This document shows, piece after piece, positions 1 through 16,357 of a DNA stretch of 64,000 bases; positions within the stretch are counted from its first letter, which is position 1, and each line of letters opens with the position of its first letter. The notes under the pieces were generated by a model. It did not search any database. It was not told the origin of the DNA and was given only the letters and a program-made list of their open reading frames with translations. Location: assembly GCF_009914755.1 (NCBI RefSeq), contig NC_060925.1, one strand, 5' to 3'. Both the position numbers and the translations under genes were made by a program. Origin of the DNA: the human T2T-CHM13v2.0 reference genome, Homo sapiens.

Positions 1-249
<249 letters not shown>

Positions 250-744
250 CTAGAGACCCCAGGCAGGTTCCAGGAGACCCCAGGGTGTGTGCAGCCCAGA
301 AAATTCCTCTGGGAATTGTTCTTTCTTCCAGTTTTACCCAGTATAAGTTTGCATTTTAACATCACCATCTGTGTCAGTAGTCATGCCACAAGAACTCTAA
401 CTGTTCCCAGAGCTGGGTAATATCTCTCCAAAGGATTTGCCCTTGGGTTTGATAAAAGTCGAGGGGAGTAGATAGGTCACCCTGCGTAAGCTCTCTGATC
501 AAGAGCAGCTTTGCAACCTGTTTATACTAAATGTGGCAACCCAACACCTAAACTGAAATGAGTAGCTAGAAGGAGTCCCCATGTGTGTCCTCTGCCTTGT
601 GACAGGAAGAACACTGGATTAGGATCCAGGAGCCTGGAGCTGGGCTCATGTCCTGGTCCTTCTGGGTAGTACATGCCCTCGGGCAAGTGCCTTGATCTCT
701 CTAGGCTGCAGATTCCATCGGCACGATGAGTGCTTCAGGCTTGA

Positions 745-1200
745 TGAGCGGTTCTTGCCTCATCTACACATTGGGATCACCTGGAGACCTATTAACACCA
801 CATGAAATGATGCCCAGACATCCAGAGAGAGCATAACATTTTTTAATTTTTTATTTTCTGAAACAGGGGCCTCACTATGTTGCCCAGGCTGGACTCGAAC
901 TCCTGGGTTTAAGTGAGTCTCCCACCTCAGCCTCCTGTGAGTAGCTGAGACTGCGGGCATGTGCCACCACGCCCGGCTCAGAGACAGCCTAATCTAGGGG
1001 TGAGACCAGGACATGGGCATTTCTTTAAAGTTCCCTAGATCATCTTTTTTCAAACTTGGCTACACATTGGAGTCACTTGGGGAGTTGTAAAGACTGATGC
1101 CTGCGTCCCACCCCCAGAGAGTCTGACATAATTGATAAAGTGGGAGGAGCCTGGGCATTGGTGGGTTTCAAAGCTCCCCAGGTGATCTTAATGTACAGCA
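745..1200. mobile_element. Two adjacent MER5-type hAT MITE relics, the first interrupted by an Alu monomer
   Basis: CACATTGG(G/A)..CAC.TGG and AAGCTCCCCAGGTGAT motifs typical of MER5A. Confidence 0.6.
840..978 (-). mobile_element. Alu left monomer (FLAM/AluJ-like)
   Basis: poly-T followed by reverse-complement Alu monomer. Confidence 0.85.
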
Positions 1201-1619
1201 AAAACGCCTCTCAGCTGGAGGCATCTCCTCAGCAGGCCTGCATCACACTGGCTGCCACTTCCTCAGTCTTGTCAGACTTTCATTCCTGCTCAGAAAGACA
1301 TCCCTTGAGAACCTTGAGCAGAATCAAAGCCAGGAGCGGCCAGGGATGCCCAGGGCAGCTTGCAAAGCTGAGGCCCCTGCAACGGGCCGGTGCGCCCTGG
1401 CTGGAGTGATGCAGGTTGGGCGCTTGCTGTCCTGGCCACCCCAGGCTGAATGAGAGTGCTGGCTGCAAACAGGGCTCGTGGGGCCGTGTGTCCCAGGCCA
1501 TCATCCCTCCACAGGAGCCCCGGAGGCAGCTAGAAGGGCGAGAGCACAGAAATGCTGTTCCTTCAGAAGATGTGGGTTTTGATCTTGGTCTGAATCCTGG
1601 GTGAGTCCCTCATCCTCTC

Positions 1620-2055
1620 CACCTATTAATTCATTTTTATACATGCTTTGCACCAGTATTGATCAAGCACTGTGCTGGGCCCTGAGGGAAAGAGGAGTTG
1701 GACACGAGGCCTGCTCTCAAGGAGCCAGGTATAGTTGTTGGTGCTGGGCTGAAGGTGGCTTGCTGGAGGCGCGGGGGGCAGGGGTGGCGGGGGTGCATTT
1801 TAGCAAAGGATCAGAAAAGGCCAGCAGTAGAAAAGGCCAGCAGTACACGTGGAAGGCTGCACCCCAAGTGTACCATGTGTTCATGTGTGTGTTGTCTGGG
1901 GCAAAGTTTCCAGGAGGAGAATCTTCAGGCCAAGGAGCAGACTGGGCAAAGACACAGAGCTGTAAAAGGCAGGACCGGGATGCTGCGGAGGGAGGCACAG
2001 ACAAGGACCCAGCCACACCTCATGTGTGATGCTAAGGCTTTCGAGCTCTGTCTTG
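1620..2055 (-). mobile_element. L2 relic
   Basis: CAAGCACTGTGCTGGG, CCTGCTCTCAAGGAGC and GCAAAGACACAGAG motifs resemble L2 3' region. Confidence 0.5.
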
Positions 2056-2344
2056 GGGACCCAACTTCCCAAACACATGATCCTGAGCCAAATAAGGTCA
2101 CAGTCGCAGGATCAACAGTGCTTCCCAGTCTGCCTCCACCCGCTGTTATGGGACGCCCACGTCAATACCCCATTATCCTCAGAGTCCTCGGGGTTGTGTC
2201 AATGCATGTCGGGACGGTACTGTGGTGCCTGCCCCACCCCTGCTGTGCCTCCTCCCATTCCCTGCAAAGTTGTCTACCACCGAGCCCAGGGAGGGACACA
2301 GGGCCACTGTGGGTGGCTGCTGAGGCGTCTCCATGCTAGACTTC

Positions 2345-2708
2345 TGATATGGTTTGGCTCTGCGTCCCCACCCAAATCTCATCTTGAATTGTAGCTTTCA
2401 TAATTCCCTCGTGTTGTGGGAGGGAGCCAGGGGGAAATACCTGAATCATGGGGGCCGCTTCCCCCACACTGTTCTTGTGGTAGTGAATAACTGTCATGAG
2501 ATCTGATGGTTTTATGAGGGGAAACCCCTTTCGCTTGGCTCTCATTCTTCTCTTGTCTGCTGCCATGTGAGATGTGACTCTCACCCTCTGCCATGATTGT
2601 GAGGCCTCCCCAGCCACGTGGAACTGTGAGTTCATTAAACCTCTTTCATTTGTAAGTTGCCCAGTCGCAGGTATGTCTTTATTAGCAGCATGAAAACGTA
2701 CTAATACA
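2345..2708 (+). mobile_element. THE1-family (MaLR) solo LTR
   Basis: starts TGATATGGTTTGGCTCTG, ends CTAATACA, about 364 bp, ATTAAA poly-A signal. Confidence 0.9.
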
Positions 2709-3119
2709 GCCTCTTTATGTGAGCCTCTGCTCAGCTGCCCTGTGCTCCTGGGGGCTCAGGGAGCACCCATGGAAACCATTCCATCCTTTTTGTCTTTTGG
2801 TCTGATTCCCCAGAGGCACTCAAAGCCACCTCTCTCTATCAGACACCCATGCCCTGCCTTCTTCCCTTAGGACGAGCTCTCCCCAAGGAGGCTCCATGGT
2901 CCCTCCTGGAAATGGCCCCGGCATCCAGAATCTGGAGACCCACACATATTTTTGACCATGGGGAGCACCCAAGAAGCCAGACAGTGGTACCATCTGTTTT
3001 CCTTTTTAGATTAAAATAAAGAATGGAAAGTTGAAAATTCATTTGTCATCCTTGAGCAGGCCATGCCCCTGCGCATCAAGGTTTGAGACTGAGTGGCGGC
3101 GTCACCTCCACAGCAGCAC

Positions 3120-3320
3120 CTTAGCTGTTAGCACTTCACAGCTTGAAAGGGTGTTCACTGACGTTTCCTCAGGAGACGCACAGCTAACGTATGAGGCAGG
3201 AATCGTTATCGTTCCCATTTCACAGCAGGATAAATTGAGGCTCAGAAAGATGAGACGATTTGCCCAGGTTGCACAGCTAGGACAAATAATCCAAATCGAA
3301 GTTTTCTGGCTCCAAAAAAC
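3120..3320 (-). mobile_element. MIR
   Basis: CCCATTTCACAG..GATAAATTGAGGCTCAGA core. Confidence 0.75.
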
Positions 3321-4399
3321 TGGCTACATCAAAGTGCTGACAGCATTTTTTAAACTATGAAGTGCTACTCAAATGGCAAGCATTAATAATTATTATTATT
3401 TCCACCTCCTGCAGCTTGGCTTAAAGCCCCGGTGCAGCCTGCACTTCAGACCTGCTGCACTGCACACACACACCCCCTGCCACCCACCCCTCCCTCAGGA
3501 AGAGTCACCATCAGAAGTGGGCAGAGCTATGAGACTCTCATGCACGCAAGATCCAGCCCCCAACAAAATGTGACTCCCCATCTGGTTTCACATGCATCTT
3601 TGTACTTTCTGGCTGTCCTAACTCCGGCATCCATCGTTCCAAAAGAAGTGTGCAGGGAGTGGAGTGGGACTCACATGGGAAGGACGAGAGCGTCCAGCCT
3701 GATCTGCTATGAGGCTCGGAGGTGACAGGCCCTGGGGGATGCTGCTTTGGGCATCTCAGTGGCCCAGGGCCATTCAGGCTTCTGACTTCTTTGAGTATAG
3801 CCTGAGCGCTTCCCCCACAGTTTGCCTTTGCCAGGATGTGAATTCCTGTTCCGAAAGTGTTGGGAGAGATGGGGTAATGCAGAAGACAGGGACAGGAAAG
3901 AGAGGGGAGGTTCTGAGGCTTTTGGAAGTCAAATACTCCCTAGGAAACATTTCAATGTATAAAAGACTGAGAAACATATGGACTGAATTTTCCCAAAGAA
4001 TACACATGGATTTAAAAATTAAAGGGCAAGGATGGGGGTTGGATTTTTTTTTTTTCTGATTGGGTGTTTTTTCCCCCAAAAGTACATTTTGGGGAAATTT
4101 TACTGGAAGCCAAAGCACTTAAAACATCCTAACATGTTAACCAGACTTGAGGCATCCATGTGACCCAACACCCTACATGGCATATAAGCCAAGTGTCTTC
4201 CCCCTCCCTGCCACTGAGCCCACACCCCTGCTTGCTCTCCACCCAGGGGCTGCACATCCATTGGCAGAGGAAATGGTGACCACAGGTATTCCACCGGCCA
4301 GGTGGCACACCTCGACTGCGGCCCCCTGGGGGCTGCTTGCCTGGGTTCACCCACTATGAGCTCCAGAATATTGGTTAAATTCAAGTGGAGTCCAGTGGC

Positions 4400-4560
4400 T
4401 GACACTAACCTCTTTCCTGACCTCTCTGGGCCTCAGTTTCCTCATCTGAAAAATGGAAATGATAATAGCGCTTATCTCATAGGGTTATTGAGAGAATTAA
4501 GTGGGGAAGTAAATGATAAATGCTTAGAACTGTGACTTGCAAAATTTTAAGTGCTTGCCA
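4400..4560 (+). mobile_element. MIR
   Basis: CTCTGGGCCTCAGTTTCCTCATCTGAAAAATGG core. Confidence 0.8.
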
Positions 4561-4586
4561 CTCAAAAAATAGCCATAATTATTATT

Positions 4587-4607
4587 TATAATATATACAT
4601 ATATATG

Positions 4608-4639
<32 letters not shown>

Positions 4640-4658
4640 TATATATATATACATATAT
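4587..4658. repeat. (TA)n/(TG)n compound microsatellite
   Basis: directly visible. Confidence 0.9.
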
Positions 4659-4754
4659 GGGTACCTAGAGTGGGGCTCTTTTAACTCAGGATTTTATGAG
4701 GACTGCAAAAGGATTCATTGTCAATTTATTAAATATTAATTGAGGGCCTACTGC

Positions 4755-5430
4755 ATCAGTCAGGATGAGCTAGGTTATTCTGTAATAACAAACATCCCCA
4801 CTATCTCAGTAACTCACAGCAGCAAAGTCCCTTTCTTTTGTTTGTGAGACAGAGTTTCACTCTTGTTGCCCAGGCCGGAGTGCAGTGGTGCAATCTTGGC
4901 TCATGGCAACCTCCACCTCCCAGGTTCAAGTGATTCTTCGGCCTCAGCCTCCCAAAGTAGCTGGGATTACAGGTACCCACCACCATGGCCAGACAATTTT
5001 TTGTATTTTTTTAGTTGAGATGGGGTTTCACTATATTGGCCAGGCTGACCTTAAACTCCTGACCTCAGGCGATCCACCTGCCTTGGCCTCCCAAAGTGCT
5101 GGGATTACAGGTGTGAGCCACCACACCTGGCCAGCAAAGTCCGTTTCTTGCCAATGCTCGCTGTCCATCTCAGGTTCCAGGGGCTCTGTTCCACCTGCTC
5201 CTCACTGAGGGATGAGGGCTGACAAAGCCCCACCACCCTGGGAGGTATCACCCATCAATAACAGGACGAAGGGGGAATCAGAGCAAGTCACACATTGGTT
5301 CTTAAACGTTCCTGCTGGAAGTACCAAGTTACTTTAATTTTCATTTCAGGAACCAAACCAAATCACATGGCTGTCTTAGAGGAGTAGGGAGAGTGTAATT
5401 CTGCCATGTACCCAGAAAGGGGAGCACTGG
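4755..5430 (-). mobile_element. MLT1-family (MaLR) LTR relic split by an Alu
   Basis: TCAGTCAGGATGAGCTAGGTTATTCTGTAATAACAAAC end and AAATCACATGGC motif. Confidence 0.6.
4835..5132 (-). mobile_element. AluS
   Basis: full dimer; TSD AGCAAAGTCC(C/G)TTTCTT. Confidence 0.95.
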
Positions 5431-5479
5431 AAATAGCAGCAGAGAACTTCAGGGAGCACCACAAATCAGCAACTGCTTT

Positions 5480-6290
5480 AGACACTTTGGGATATATCAG
5501 TGAACCAAACAGACTCCTGCCCTCATAGAGCTTACCTTCTAGTGAAGGGAGAAAGACAATAAAGGTAATAAGTTGAAGGCTGCAATTTTATTTTATTTTA
5601 TTTTATTTTATTTATTTATTTTTGAGGCAGAGTCTCATTCTGTCGCGAGGCCCAGGCTGGAGTGTAATAGCATGATCTTGGCTCACTGCAACCTCGCCTC
5701 CTGGGTTCTGGCAATTCTTGTGCCTCAGCCTCCTGAGTAGCTGGGATTACAGGCATGCATCACCACAACCAGCTAATTTTTATATTTTTAGTACAGACAG
5801 GGTTTCACCACGCTGGCCAGGCTGGTCTCGAATCACTGACCTCAAGTGATCTTCCCGCCTAGGCCTCCCAAAGTGCTGGGATTATAGCCATGAGCCACCA
5901 CACCCACCCTAGGCTACAGTTTTAAATAGGATGGTCAGGGTGGGCCCCATTGAGAAGGTGAAATTTGAGCAAAGACTTGAAGGAAGTGAAAGGGTGAGCC
6001 ACACCAATATCTGGAGGAAGAGTGTTCTAGATGCAGGGGACAGCCTGTGCAAAGCCCAAAGCCTGGCGTATTCCACGAGCGGTGGGGAGGGAGGGAGGAA
6101 AGGCAAGCATTTGAGAGTGAGAGAGAGGCCAGGCCCAGCAGGACTTCATAGCTGAGGACGTGGGCTTCTACCCTGATGTGCTGAAGGGCCACTGGAGAGT
6201 TCTGACTTAAGGTTTAAAGGGATAACTGGCTGCTGTGTGGAGAACAGACTGCAGGGGAAGCTTGGAAACCAGTTAGGAGAGAAATGCTCG
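5480..6290 (-). mobile_element. L2 relic split by an Alu
   Basis: CCTGCCCTCATAGAGCTTAC..TCTAGT and GAGAAGGTGAAATTTGAGCAAAGACTTGAAGG motifs. Confidence 0.75.
5586..5908 (-). mobile_element. AluS with (TTTTA)n tail
   Basis: full dimer; degenerate TSD AGGCT(G/A)CA(A/G)TTTTA. Confidence 0.95.
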
Positions 6291-6480
6291 TTCAGCCATT
6301 CTCTGTGGAAAGAACACACATGACCCAATTCTCTTTGGCAGGTTTGTTTGTTAACCCTGAAATGGCTGGCACTTGGTCAGCCTTGCTGGCCTCTCCATGC
6401 CAGGCTGTCTGTAGGCACAGTCTTGGGCAAATGTGCTCTGGCTGTGGGGTCAGGATGTATTCTGTGCTACTCATGGGTGA

Positions 6481-6857
<377 letters not shown>

Positions 6858-7399
6858 TCTTACTCCTCTTATTTTCTGCCTGGATTTAAATCAGACACCT
6901 CCCCTAGCAAAAACAAAAAACTCCACTTTCTCCTGGAAACCCTATTCCCTGTCCTCAGCAACAGAAGCCCAAGACCTATTGAGTCACATGGCAATGTCAT
7001 AACCTGCATCTTATTTAGGATGAGAAAGAATCCCTGCGCAGAGAGGGTGGCCTGTGTCCACTGGCCCTCAATGAATATGTATTTATTGCTTCTTCCTAAG
7101 GGGAGTGTGAAGGGAGGAGAAGGACGTGGGCTAGAAGCCTGGCTCAGTGTCTAGTCCTGGTTCTGCCACTCATAATAACTGGCCTGGCTTTTGTAGAGCA
7201 CTTTCAAATGCAGGATCTCACTCGAGGCTCACAATAGCACTCTGAAAGAGGTGATGCTGTTATCCTCATCTCAAGAAGCTAGGTGACGTGACACCTGGTA
7301 AGTGAGGGAGGCGAGATTTAAACCAGGTTTCCTGCCTCTAAAGCCTAGGATTGTTTCACCACATCACACAGCCACTAGGAGCACCCCCACCCTGCAACA

Positions 7400-7885
7400 T
7401 AACCTGAGTTACTCCTCCCAGTGAGCCCCTCCCCTGTGAATCTGGGCTGGCCCTGTGACCAGTTTTTGACCAAAAGAACTTAGTGGAAATGATATAATGT
7501 AACTTCTGAGACTGGGCCTTAAGAGATTCACAGCTTCTTATAAGTCTTTGTCAGTTGAAATGTTCCCTCTTGAAAACATGCTGTGAGGTAAGAAATGTAA
7601 CCATCCCATGACCATCAATCTGAGAGGAAGTTCAAGCCACATGGAGGGGGAGAGGCTACCTGCTGGAGCACCGAAGCTTCAGCCATGCAAATGAAGCCTT
7701 CTAGGCCAGCCAAGCCACCAGCCAAATACAGCCAAGTAAATGGCCCCAGCCAATAACGTGGAGAAGAAGAGCCACCCAGCTGAGCCCTGCCTGAATCCCT
7801 GACCCACAGAATCATGAGAAAATAAAATGATTATTGCTTTAAGCCACTAAATGTTGGGGTGGCTTGTTACGCAACAATATAAATG
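7400..7885 (+). mobile_element. MLT1-family (MaLR) LTR relic
   Basis: AATCTGGGCTGGCCCTGTGAC and TTTAAGCCACTAAATGTTGGGGTGGCTTGTTACGCA. Confidence 0.75.
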
Positions 7886-7984
7886 ATCACAACCCCTTCA
7901 TATGGGAAGAGATGAGCAATAGTCAACTTAATTCCTTCCTTCCCCCTCTCTCCCCTTCTTCCTTCTCTCCTTCCTTCTTTCCCT

Positions 7985-8200
7985 CCACAAATGTTTGTTA
8001 AGCACCTACAACATGCCAGGCGCTGTGCTAGATGCTGATACAAAAATGAACAAGGCAGTCACTGCCCTTCAGGAGCCTAATATCTAGTAGGAGAGGCCCT
8101 GTGTACACACACGTATACAACAAACAGGATCATGAGAAATACAAAGCACTCAGGGGTACTCAGTTTCACCGAACACAGGTCAGTAGAGGCTTCGCGAAGA
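7985..8200 (-). mobile_element. L2 3' end relic
   Basis: AAGCACCTAC..ATGCCAGGCGCTGTGCTAG motif. Confidence 0.7.
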
Positions 8201-8299
8201 AGATGCTACTTGTTGTGTGGCAGGCACTGTGCTGAGAGTCAGTTATCTGAACTGTGAGCTCTCCTTCACTCCACCCTCAGCTCAGCAGTGCAAGCTACA

Positions 8300-8960
8300 C
8301 TTCCATAAACATGCCTTCTGTATCATCACATGAGTTATTCAGATATTGAATGTGATAAGGCCAGGCCAGATCTACCTAGTACACATCAATTTAAGGATGC
8401 CCTGATCCCTGCCCACTCTGCCCCCTTGATAGAATTCCATTGGCAAACACTCTTAAAGGACTTTTGTTGAACCAGCTATAAACCAATCCAACCAAGTTTT
8501 TACCTGGACAGCATTTCTTCATGTTGACCTTGAAGATGTAACAAGAGTCTTTGTTAAGGTCCCTGCTACAGTCCAGAATCTCCTTGAGTATAAACCTCAC
8601 TGATCCTCCAGTCTGGTGATGACTGTATTATTAAAGGAAGTCAGACCATTTCCTCTGCTAAAGGCTTACAAATTACATATTTAGTAATCTTTTCAGAAGA
8701 TTTTGCCAAGGTTTGGTTGTCAATTTTGGAATCTACCTCTTTTTCCATTTTTAAATTTAAACTTTAAAAAATGGTTGAATTGTTTTTTGAAAGTTGCTTC
8801 AATGTCTGCCGGTCTCCTGGCACCTGCTGCTTTCTCCAGGATACCTCAAAGAGGACCAAGCAGAGTTTGGGTATCTTTGCAGCCTCTCTCCATGCTCTGG
8901 GATGTATCTGAACCAATTCAAAGGTGCAGGACACGCTCTTCCTGTGTAACAGGATGATTT
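8300..8960 (-). mobile_element. L3/CR1 LINE relic, reverse-transcriptase region
   Basis: minus-strand translation LDCSRDLNKDSCYIFKVNMKKCC..VYSWFNKSPLRVFANG resembles CR1 RT LDFSKAFDKVSHDILVDKMEKCG..WIHSWLNNRTQRVLING. Confidence 0.7.
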
Positions 8961-9439
8961 CTCAAAGTATTAATGTGAGTGTGTTCTCACTGAAATGTCC
9001 TGGTCCTAAGATTGGTGAAAGCAACTGGGTCCCTATGTGTTCCTTCCCATGGGGAAGTTTTGCACAAAGAGGCCAAAAGCAGAAGTACCTACTTGATTAT
9101 CTATTCCTGGTGTTGGTTGAAAGAGTATGATAAATATTTTTAGTGGCAATTGGAAGAGTAAGACAGAACTCCCTGAGGCAAAAAAAAAAAAAAAAAAAAA
9201 AAAGAGAGAGAGAGAGAAAACATCAATCAGAGTGGGAGGGAGTGCTAAGGAAGTGGTGAGAGCTGGGTTGATGGCTGCATGGTGCCCTGGGGATGGGCAT
9301 AGGCAGCAGAGTGCCCCATCCCAGCAATAATTTTCACACCCCACACATGGCATTGAGACAGAACCTTCAAGGGACCACTCTGGGTTTGGACAGGACAAAG
9401 TGGCTCTGTCATCTACTAAGATCCACAGCCATAATGGCC

Positions 9440-9600
9440 TGGAACTGTGTGACCTTGGGCAAGTTCCTGACCTCTCTGGGCCTTGGTTCCTCATCTGTGA
9501 AATGAGGATGGTAGCATTCCTTGTCTCAGGATTATTGTTAGGATTAAATCAGTTGATACATATAAATACTTAGAACCATGCCTAGCATGTAGTGTTATGT
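9440..9600 (+). mobile_element. MIR
   Basis: CTGTGTGACCTTGGGCAAGTT...CCTCATCTGTGAAATGAGG. Confidence 0.85.
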
Positions 9601-9772
9601 TGTTGATGATGATGATTGTTTTAAGGTGCAGCCCCCGAATTCTGGAGAAAGGAGAGAGCCTTGGTAATAATTTAAATTGGGTTTCCTGCCAAGCTGGTAA
9701 GGAAGTTCAAGGAAGACTCCAAGCTGGCACTTGGAGTCAGTTTAAGTCAACTTGAAGAAAATAGAGAAATGT

Positions 9773-10070
9773 GGCTGGGAGCAGTGGCTCACGTCTGTAA
9801 TCACAGCACTTTGGGAGGCTGAGGCAGGTGGATCACTTGAGGCCAGGAGTTCAAGACCAGCCTGGCCAACATGATGAAACCTCGTCTCTACTAAAAATAC
9901 AAAAATTGGCTGGGTGTGGTGGTGCATGCCTGTAGTCCCTGCTACTCAGGAGGCTGAGGCACAAGAATTGCTTGAACCCGAGAAGCAGAGGTTGCAGTAG
10001 GCCAAGATTGTACCACTGCACACTAGCCTGGGTGAAATGCCTCAAAAAAAAAAAAAAAGAAAAGAAAAGA
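9773..10070 (+). mobile_element. AluS
   Basis: dimer; TSD AGAAAATAGAGAAATGT. Confidence 0.95.
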
Positions 10071-10301
10071 AATAGAGAAATGTGACCTTTCTTGCACACT
10101 TAAATTTATGAACCAATATTCTCAACTTCTCCACTATCTCACTCCTGTATCAGGTTACAATGTCCTGTTAAAATTATGTTTTATATTTCAGGGAACAGAG
10201 AGCACCTGAGTGGGCTCTGTCATCTACTAAGATTTCCCACCTTCCCAAAGCAGCCGGTCTACCCTTTCTTATTCATCATATTAATCTTCTTCCAAACAAA
10301 A

Positions 10302-11135
<834 letters not shown>

Positions 11136-11169
11136 ACAAAACCACCAATATAGAAACAATAATCAAACA

Positions 11170-11480
11170 AAAACACTTGTTTTTGCAAAGCTCAGCTTTA
11201 GCTTTTCTGACCCTGTTTTCGAAAGTTCTTATCTTTCTCCTGAGCTCGTCTTTTCTTCTCTGCCCCTGGTCCCAGAACTGATGCAGGTTCTTTTGCACTA
11301 AGAGCTCTCTAAGAAGTGCTGTGTTTATTTAAACATGTCCCTCTCTTTCATGGAAGTCATTGCTGGTATCCGCTGGGCACTCCCTTTTCTCCTCACATTT
11401 CTTGTCTTTGTCTCTGGAGTCACGCCTTCCTTTCCTCTGGACTTTCTGAAGTCCTGTCCTAAGGCTTGGTGCGTGGGACT
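11170..11480 (-). mobile_element. L3/CR1 relic, ORF2 linker region
   Basis: minus translation ENRVRKAKAEL matches the CR1 VRKAKAQ.EL motif. Confidence 0.55.
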
Positions 11481-11755
11481 GACTAGTTAAAATCTAGTGC
11501 CAAGTGCTCAGAACATCAAGACACAACAAAGTCACTCAAGATCCGTTGGGCAGAATCTCCTGAAATTGCTTTTTTTTTAAGATCTAAAAGTCAAGTATCA
11601 GTAATTCTATAAAAGTTCAACATAAGAAAAGAGAAGACAGGCAAATAACTACAGGTGTGAAAAATATACTACAGAAACAGAAACAAGAACAGGTGTCATG
11701 GTGGAGGGGGACAAATACATAAGAAAATAGTAATGAGAAATGCTATGGAGAAAAT

Positions 11756-12046
11756 AGTGGCTCACACCTGTAGTCCCAGCACTTAGGGAGACCAAGGCAG
11801 GAGGGTCACTTGAGCCCATGAGTTTGAGACCAGCCTGGGCAACATGGCAAAACCCTGTCTCCACAAAAACATACAAAACTAGCCAGGCATGGTGGTGCTT
11901 ACTTGTAGTCCTAGCTACTTGGGAGGCTGAGGTAGGTGGATTGTTTGAGCCCAGGAGGTCAAGGCTGCAGTGAACCATGGTTGTACCACTGCACTCCAGC
12001 GTGGGTGAAAGAGCAAGACTCTGTCTCTTAAAACAACAACAAAAAA
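11756..12046 (+). mobile_element. AluJ-like, slightly 5'-truncated
   Basis: dimer with GCCCAGGAGGTCAAGGCTGCAGTG. Confidence 0.9.
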
Positions 12047-12059
12047 CCCTCAGCCCTGC

Positions 12060-12610
12060 AATGGGGCACACCTGGGAGCCCCTTTGGATTGGGTGGTCAG
12101 GGAAGGGCCCTGGGAGGCAATGACCTGCTGTGTTACGCTCAGGAGGTTGGCCAGGACCCCGTGGAAGACTCAGGGAGCCAGCAGGGGACGCTAGGCAGGG
12201 GAGGACAGGGCCCAGTCCCTCTGTGGCTCACTCACTCTGGAGTGGGTGTGGGGATGTGCTGGCAGGGCCAGTCCAGGAGCCTAGTTAAAGGGGGGTCCTG
12301 TGGTAGCCCATGCATGGGATGATGGTGGCCTACAGTGAAACCATGATGGTGGGCTGGGGAAGAGTGGAAGTACTTAGGATGGGGAAGAAGCAGGACTTTT
12401 GGTGATTGAGTGTGTTGGGGCAGGAGCAGGGGAGGAAGAGGGAGGTGAAAGGGGTGACTCTGGTTCACTATTAGGGGACTGGATGGTTGTGCTACTCTGC
12501 AACACAAGGAACTCTGGGAAAGGGGGAGATTGGGTGGCCAGAGACGTGCGGAGATGGGCATGGAGGAGCTCACAAGCAGCAGTTCTGGAAATGAATGCTG
12601 AGCATGGCAG
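12060..12610 (-). mobile_element. L2 relic
   Basis: purine-rich stretch GCAGGACTTTTGGTGATTGAG..GGGGTGACTCTGG..GACTGGATGG. Confidence 0.55.
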
Positions 12611-12714
12611 CTGGACGACAAGGTGGCCCAATGGCCCGTGCCTACAGTCTGCACACCCTTGGGTAGTCTCCTGCCCTTGAATCTGGGCTATGCTCTCTGG
12701 TTTTCATGGACGCT

Positions 12715-12900
12715 AAGAGGGCACAGTCACCTCCTCACAAGATCTGCCATCAGCACTTTCTGATTTTTTGTGCTTGGTCAAGATTAAGTCTAGAGTAGCT
12801 GCCCCCAGAAGGAGCCATTTGAAAAGATTATTGAGGATTTTCCAACACTCTGCTTCCAGAAGAATTAGATACCCCACCTCCTCTGGTTTAATCCAGCCTT
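12715..12900 (-). mobile_element. L3/CR1 relic, endonuclease C-terminal region
   Basis: minus translation GAATLDLILTK resembles CR1 TRG.A.LDLILTN. Confidence 0.6.
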
Positions 12901-13631
12901 TTGGGGTTGGCTCCACAGGTGATTTACATAGGAAATACGTGGGACTCCTCCAAGGTAGAAGTTTTTATGGTTGCGCCTGGCAGCCTTCACTGACCCTCAT
13001 CCACATAGACAAGTGGCCACAGGTACACTCCACTCAGTCACCCCACACTCCAGAGGCCTTGGGTAGACTTTCATGTGTTCACAGACAGATGTAGCTTTTC
13101 ACAGTCTTCACATTCACACGCTCAAGTACAAGGTCAGTCCCTGCCGATGCAAGTTACAAGGAAGCACAACCTGTGCTAGGGCAGCCAGTGCATCCCTTCC
13201 AGCTGGCCAGGAGCCCTCAGCAGGCCTGAAAGCTGGGAGGAGAGGTGCCCAGCTAGGTGGAAACAGAAGGGAAGGTGCAGGACTGTGGGTGATCCTGGCA
13301 GCTGGCTTGCTCCTGGAAGGCCAGGTGGGACATCTGCAAGGTAAGGGCCTGGACCCTGGGCAGAAATTGTAAGTCTCTGGTCTTCAAGGCCTTTAGGAGA
13401 TGAGAATGTTGAAGCCTCCGTCTTACCAACTAAACCTCTCGGTACCAAGAGGGCCTGGCCTGCAAGGTAGAAACCAAAACCCCCTCTAACACACACACAT
13501 GCACACACACACCTCTAAACATTCAAGTGTACAGATGCTAGCACTGTACTAGCATTGTTTCTGCAAGCCTGAGAGAAGCTGAGCTCTGTTTCCATTCTCC
13601 TCTCACATCTGCCTGGTGGGAATGCTCTAAG

Positions 13632-14112
<481 letters not shown>

Positions 14113-14154
14113 AAAGACTTTTATTCATCATCACACACAGGCCTGTGGTGGAGA

Positions 14155-15280
<1,126 letters not shown>

Positions 15281-15289
15281 CCCAGATAC

Positions 15290-15440
15290 TTTATGCCTCC
15301 TAATCCTCATAGCACCACTGAGAGGAAAGGATTGTTCACATTTTTCTAGATGAAGAAACTGAGGCTGAGAGAATGCCCCAACTCCAATTGATGACAGAAA
15401 GCAAGATCTGCCGATGCTTGAAATTCATACCATACACACG
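15290..15440 (-). mobile_element. MIR
   Basis: TAATCCTCATAGCA...GATGAAGAAACTGAGGCTGAGAG. Confidence 0.7.
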
Positions 15441-15491
15441 CCCCAAATATTCCAGTGTGCAGATGCTTGTGCCAAATGAGAAATACAGTCA

Positions 15492-15995
<504 letters not shown>

Positions 15996-16310
15996 TCAGG
16001 CCTGTTTCTACAGCAGAGAAAGACACAGTTGGCATGTTCAGCGGGGGGCCCAGGGTGGAGGTCACTCAGGTTTTATGCTCTGGACTCCTTTGTGCCCTGA
16101 GAATTTCCCAGGCTTGGCCACAATCAGCTCCAGCTGCTGATTCTGGGATGGACTCAGCCACAGCCTCACCCAGGTCACACAAATGGAAGTGGTAAGTCGA
16201 TGCTCCGCACAGGCAGCTGCTACAGCTGCAGGAAGCCTGGAGGTGTGAGTCGATATTTCTGTTAGACTCTCAGTTTCATCAGAAATCAGTGCCAGAAAAT
16301 GGCTTTGCAG

Positions 16311-16311
<1 letters not shown>

Positions 16312-16356
<45 letters not shown>
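16312..16356. repeat. (TG)n microsatellite, about 22 units
   Basis: directly visible. Confidence 0.97.

Positions 16357-16357
<1 letters not shown>

Noticed and set aside
1772-1793. G-rich run as a G-quadruplex
   Set aside because: Only three separate tracts of three or more G and no supporting promoter context
1698-2339. 213-codon ORF
   Set aside because: Non-ATG start, partly overlaps an L2 relic, GC-rich, no recognisable domain
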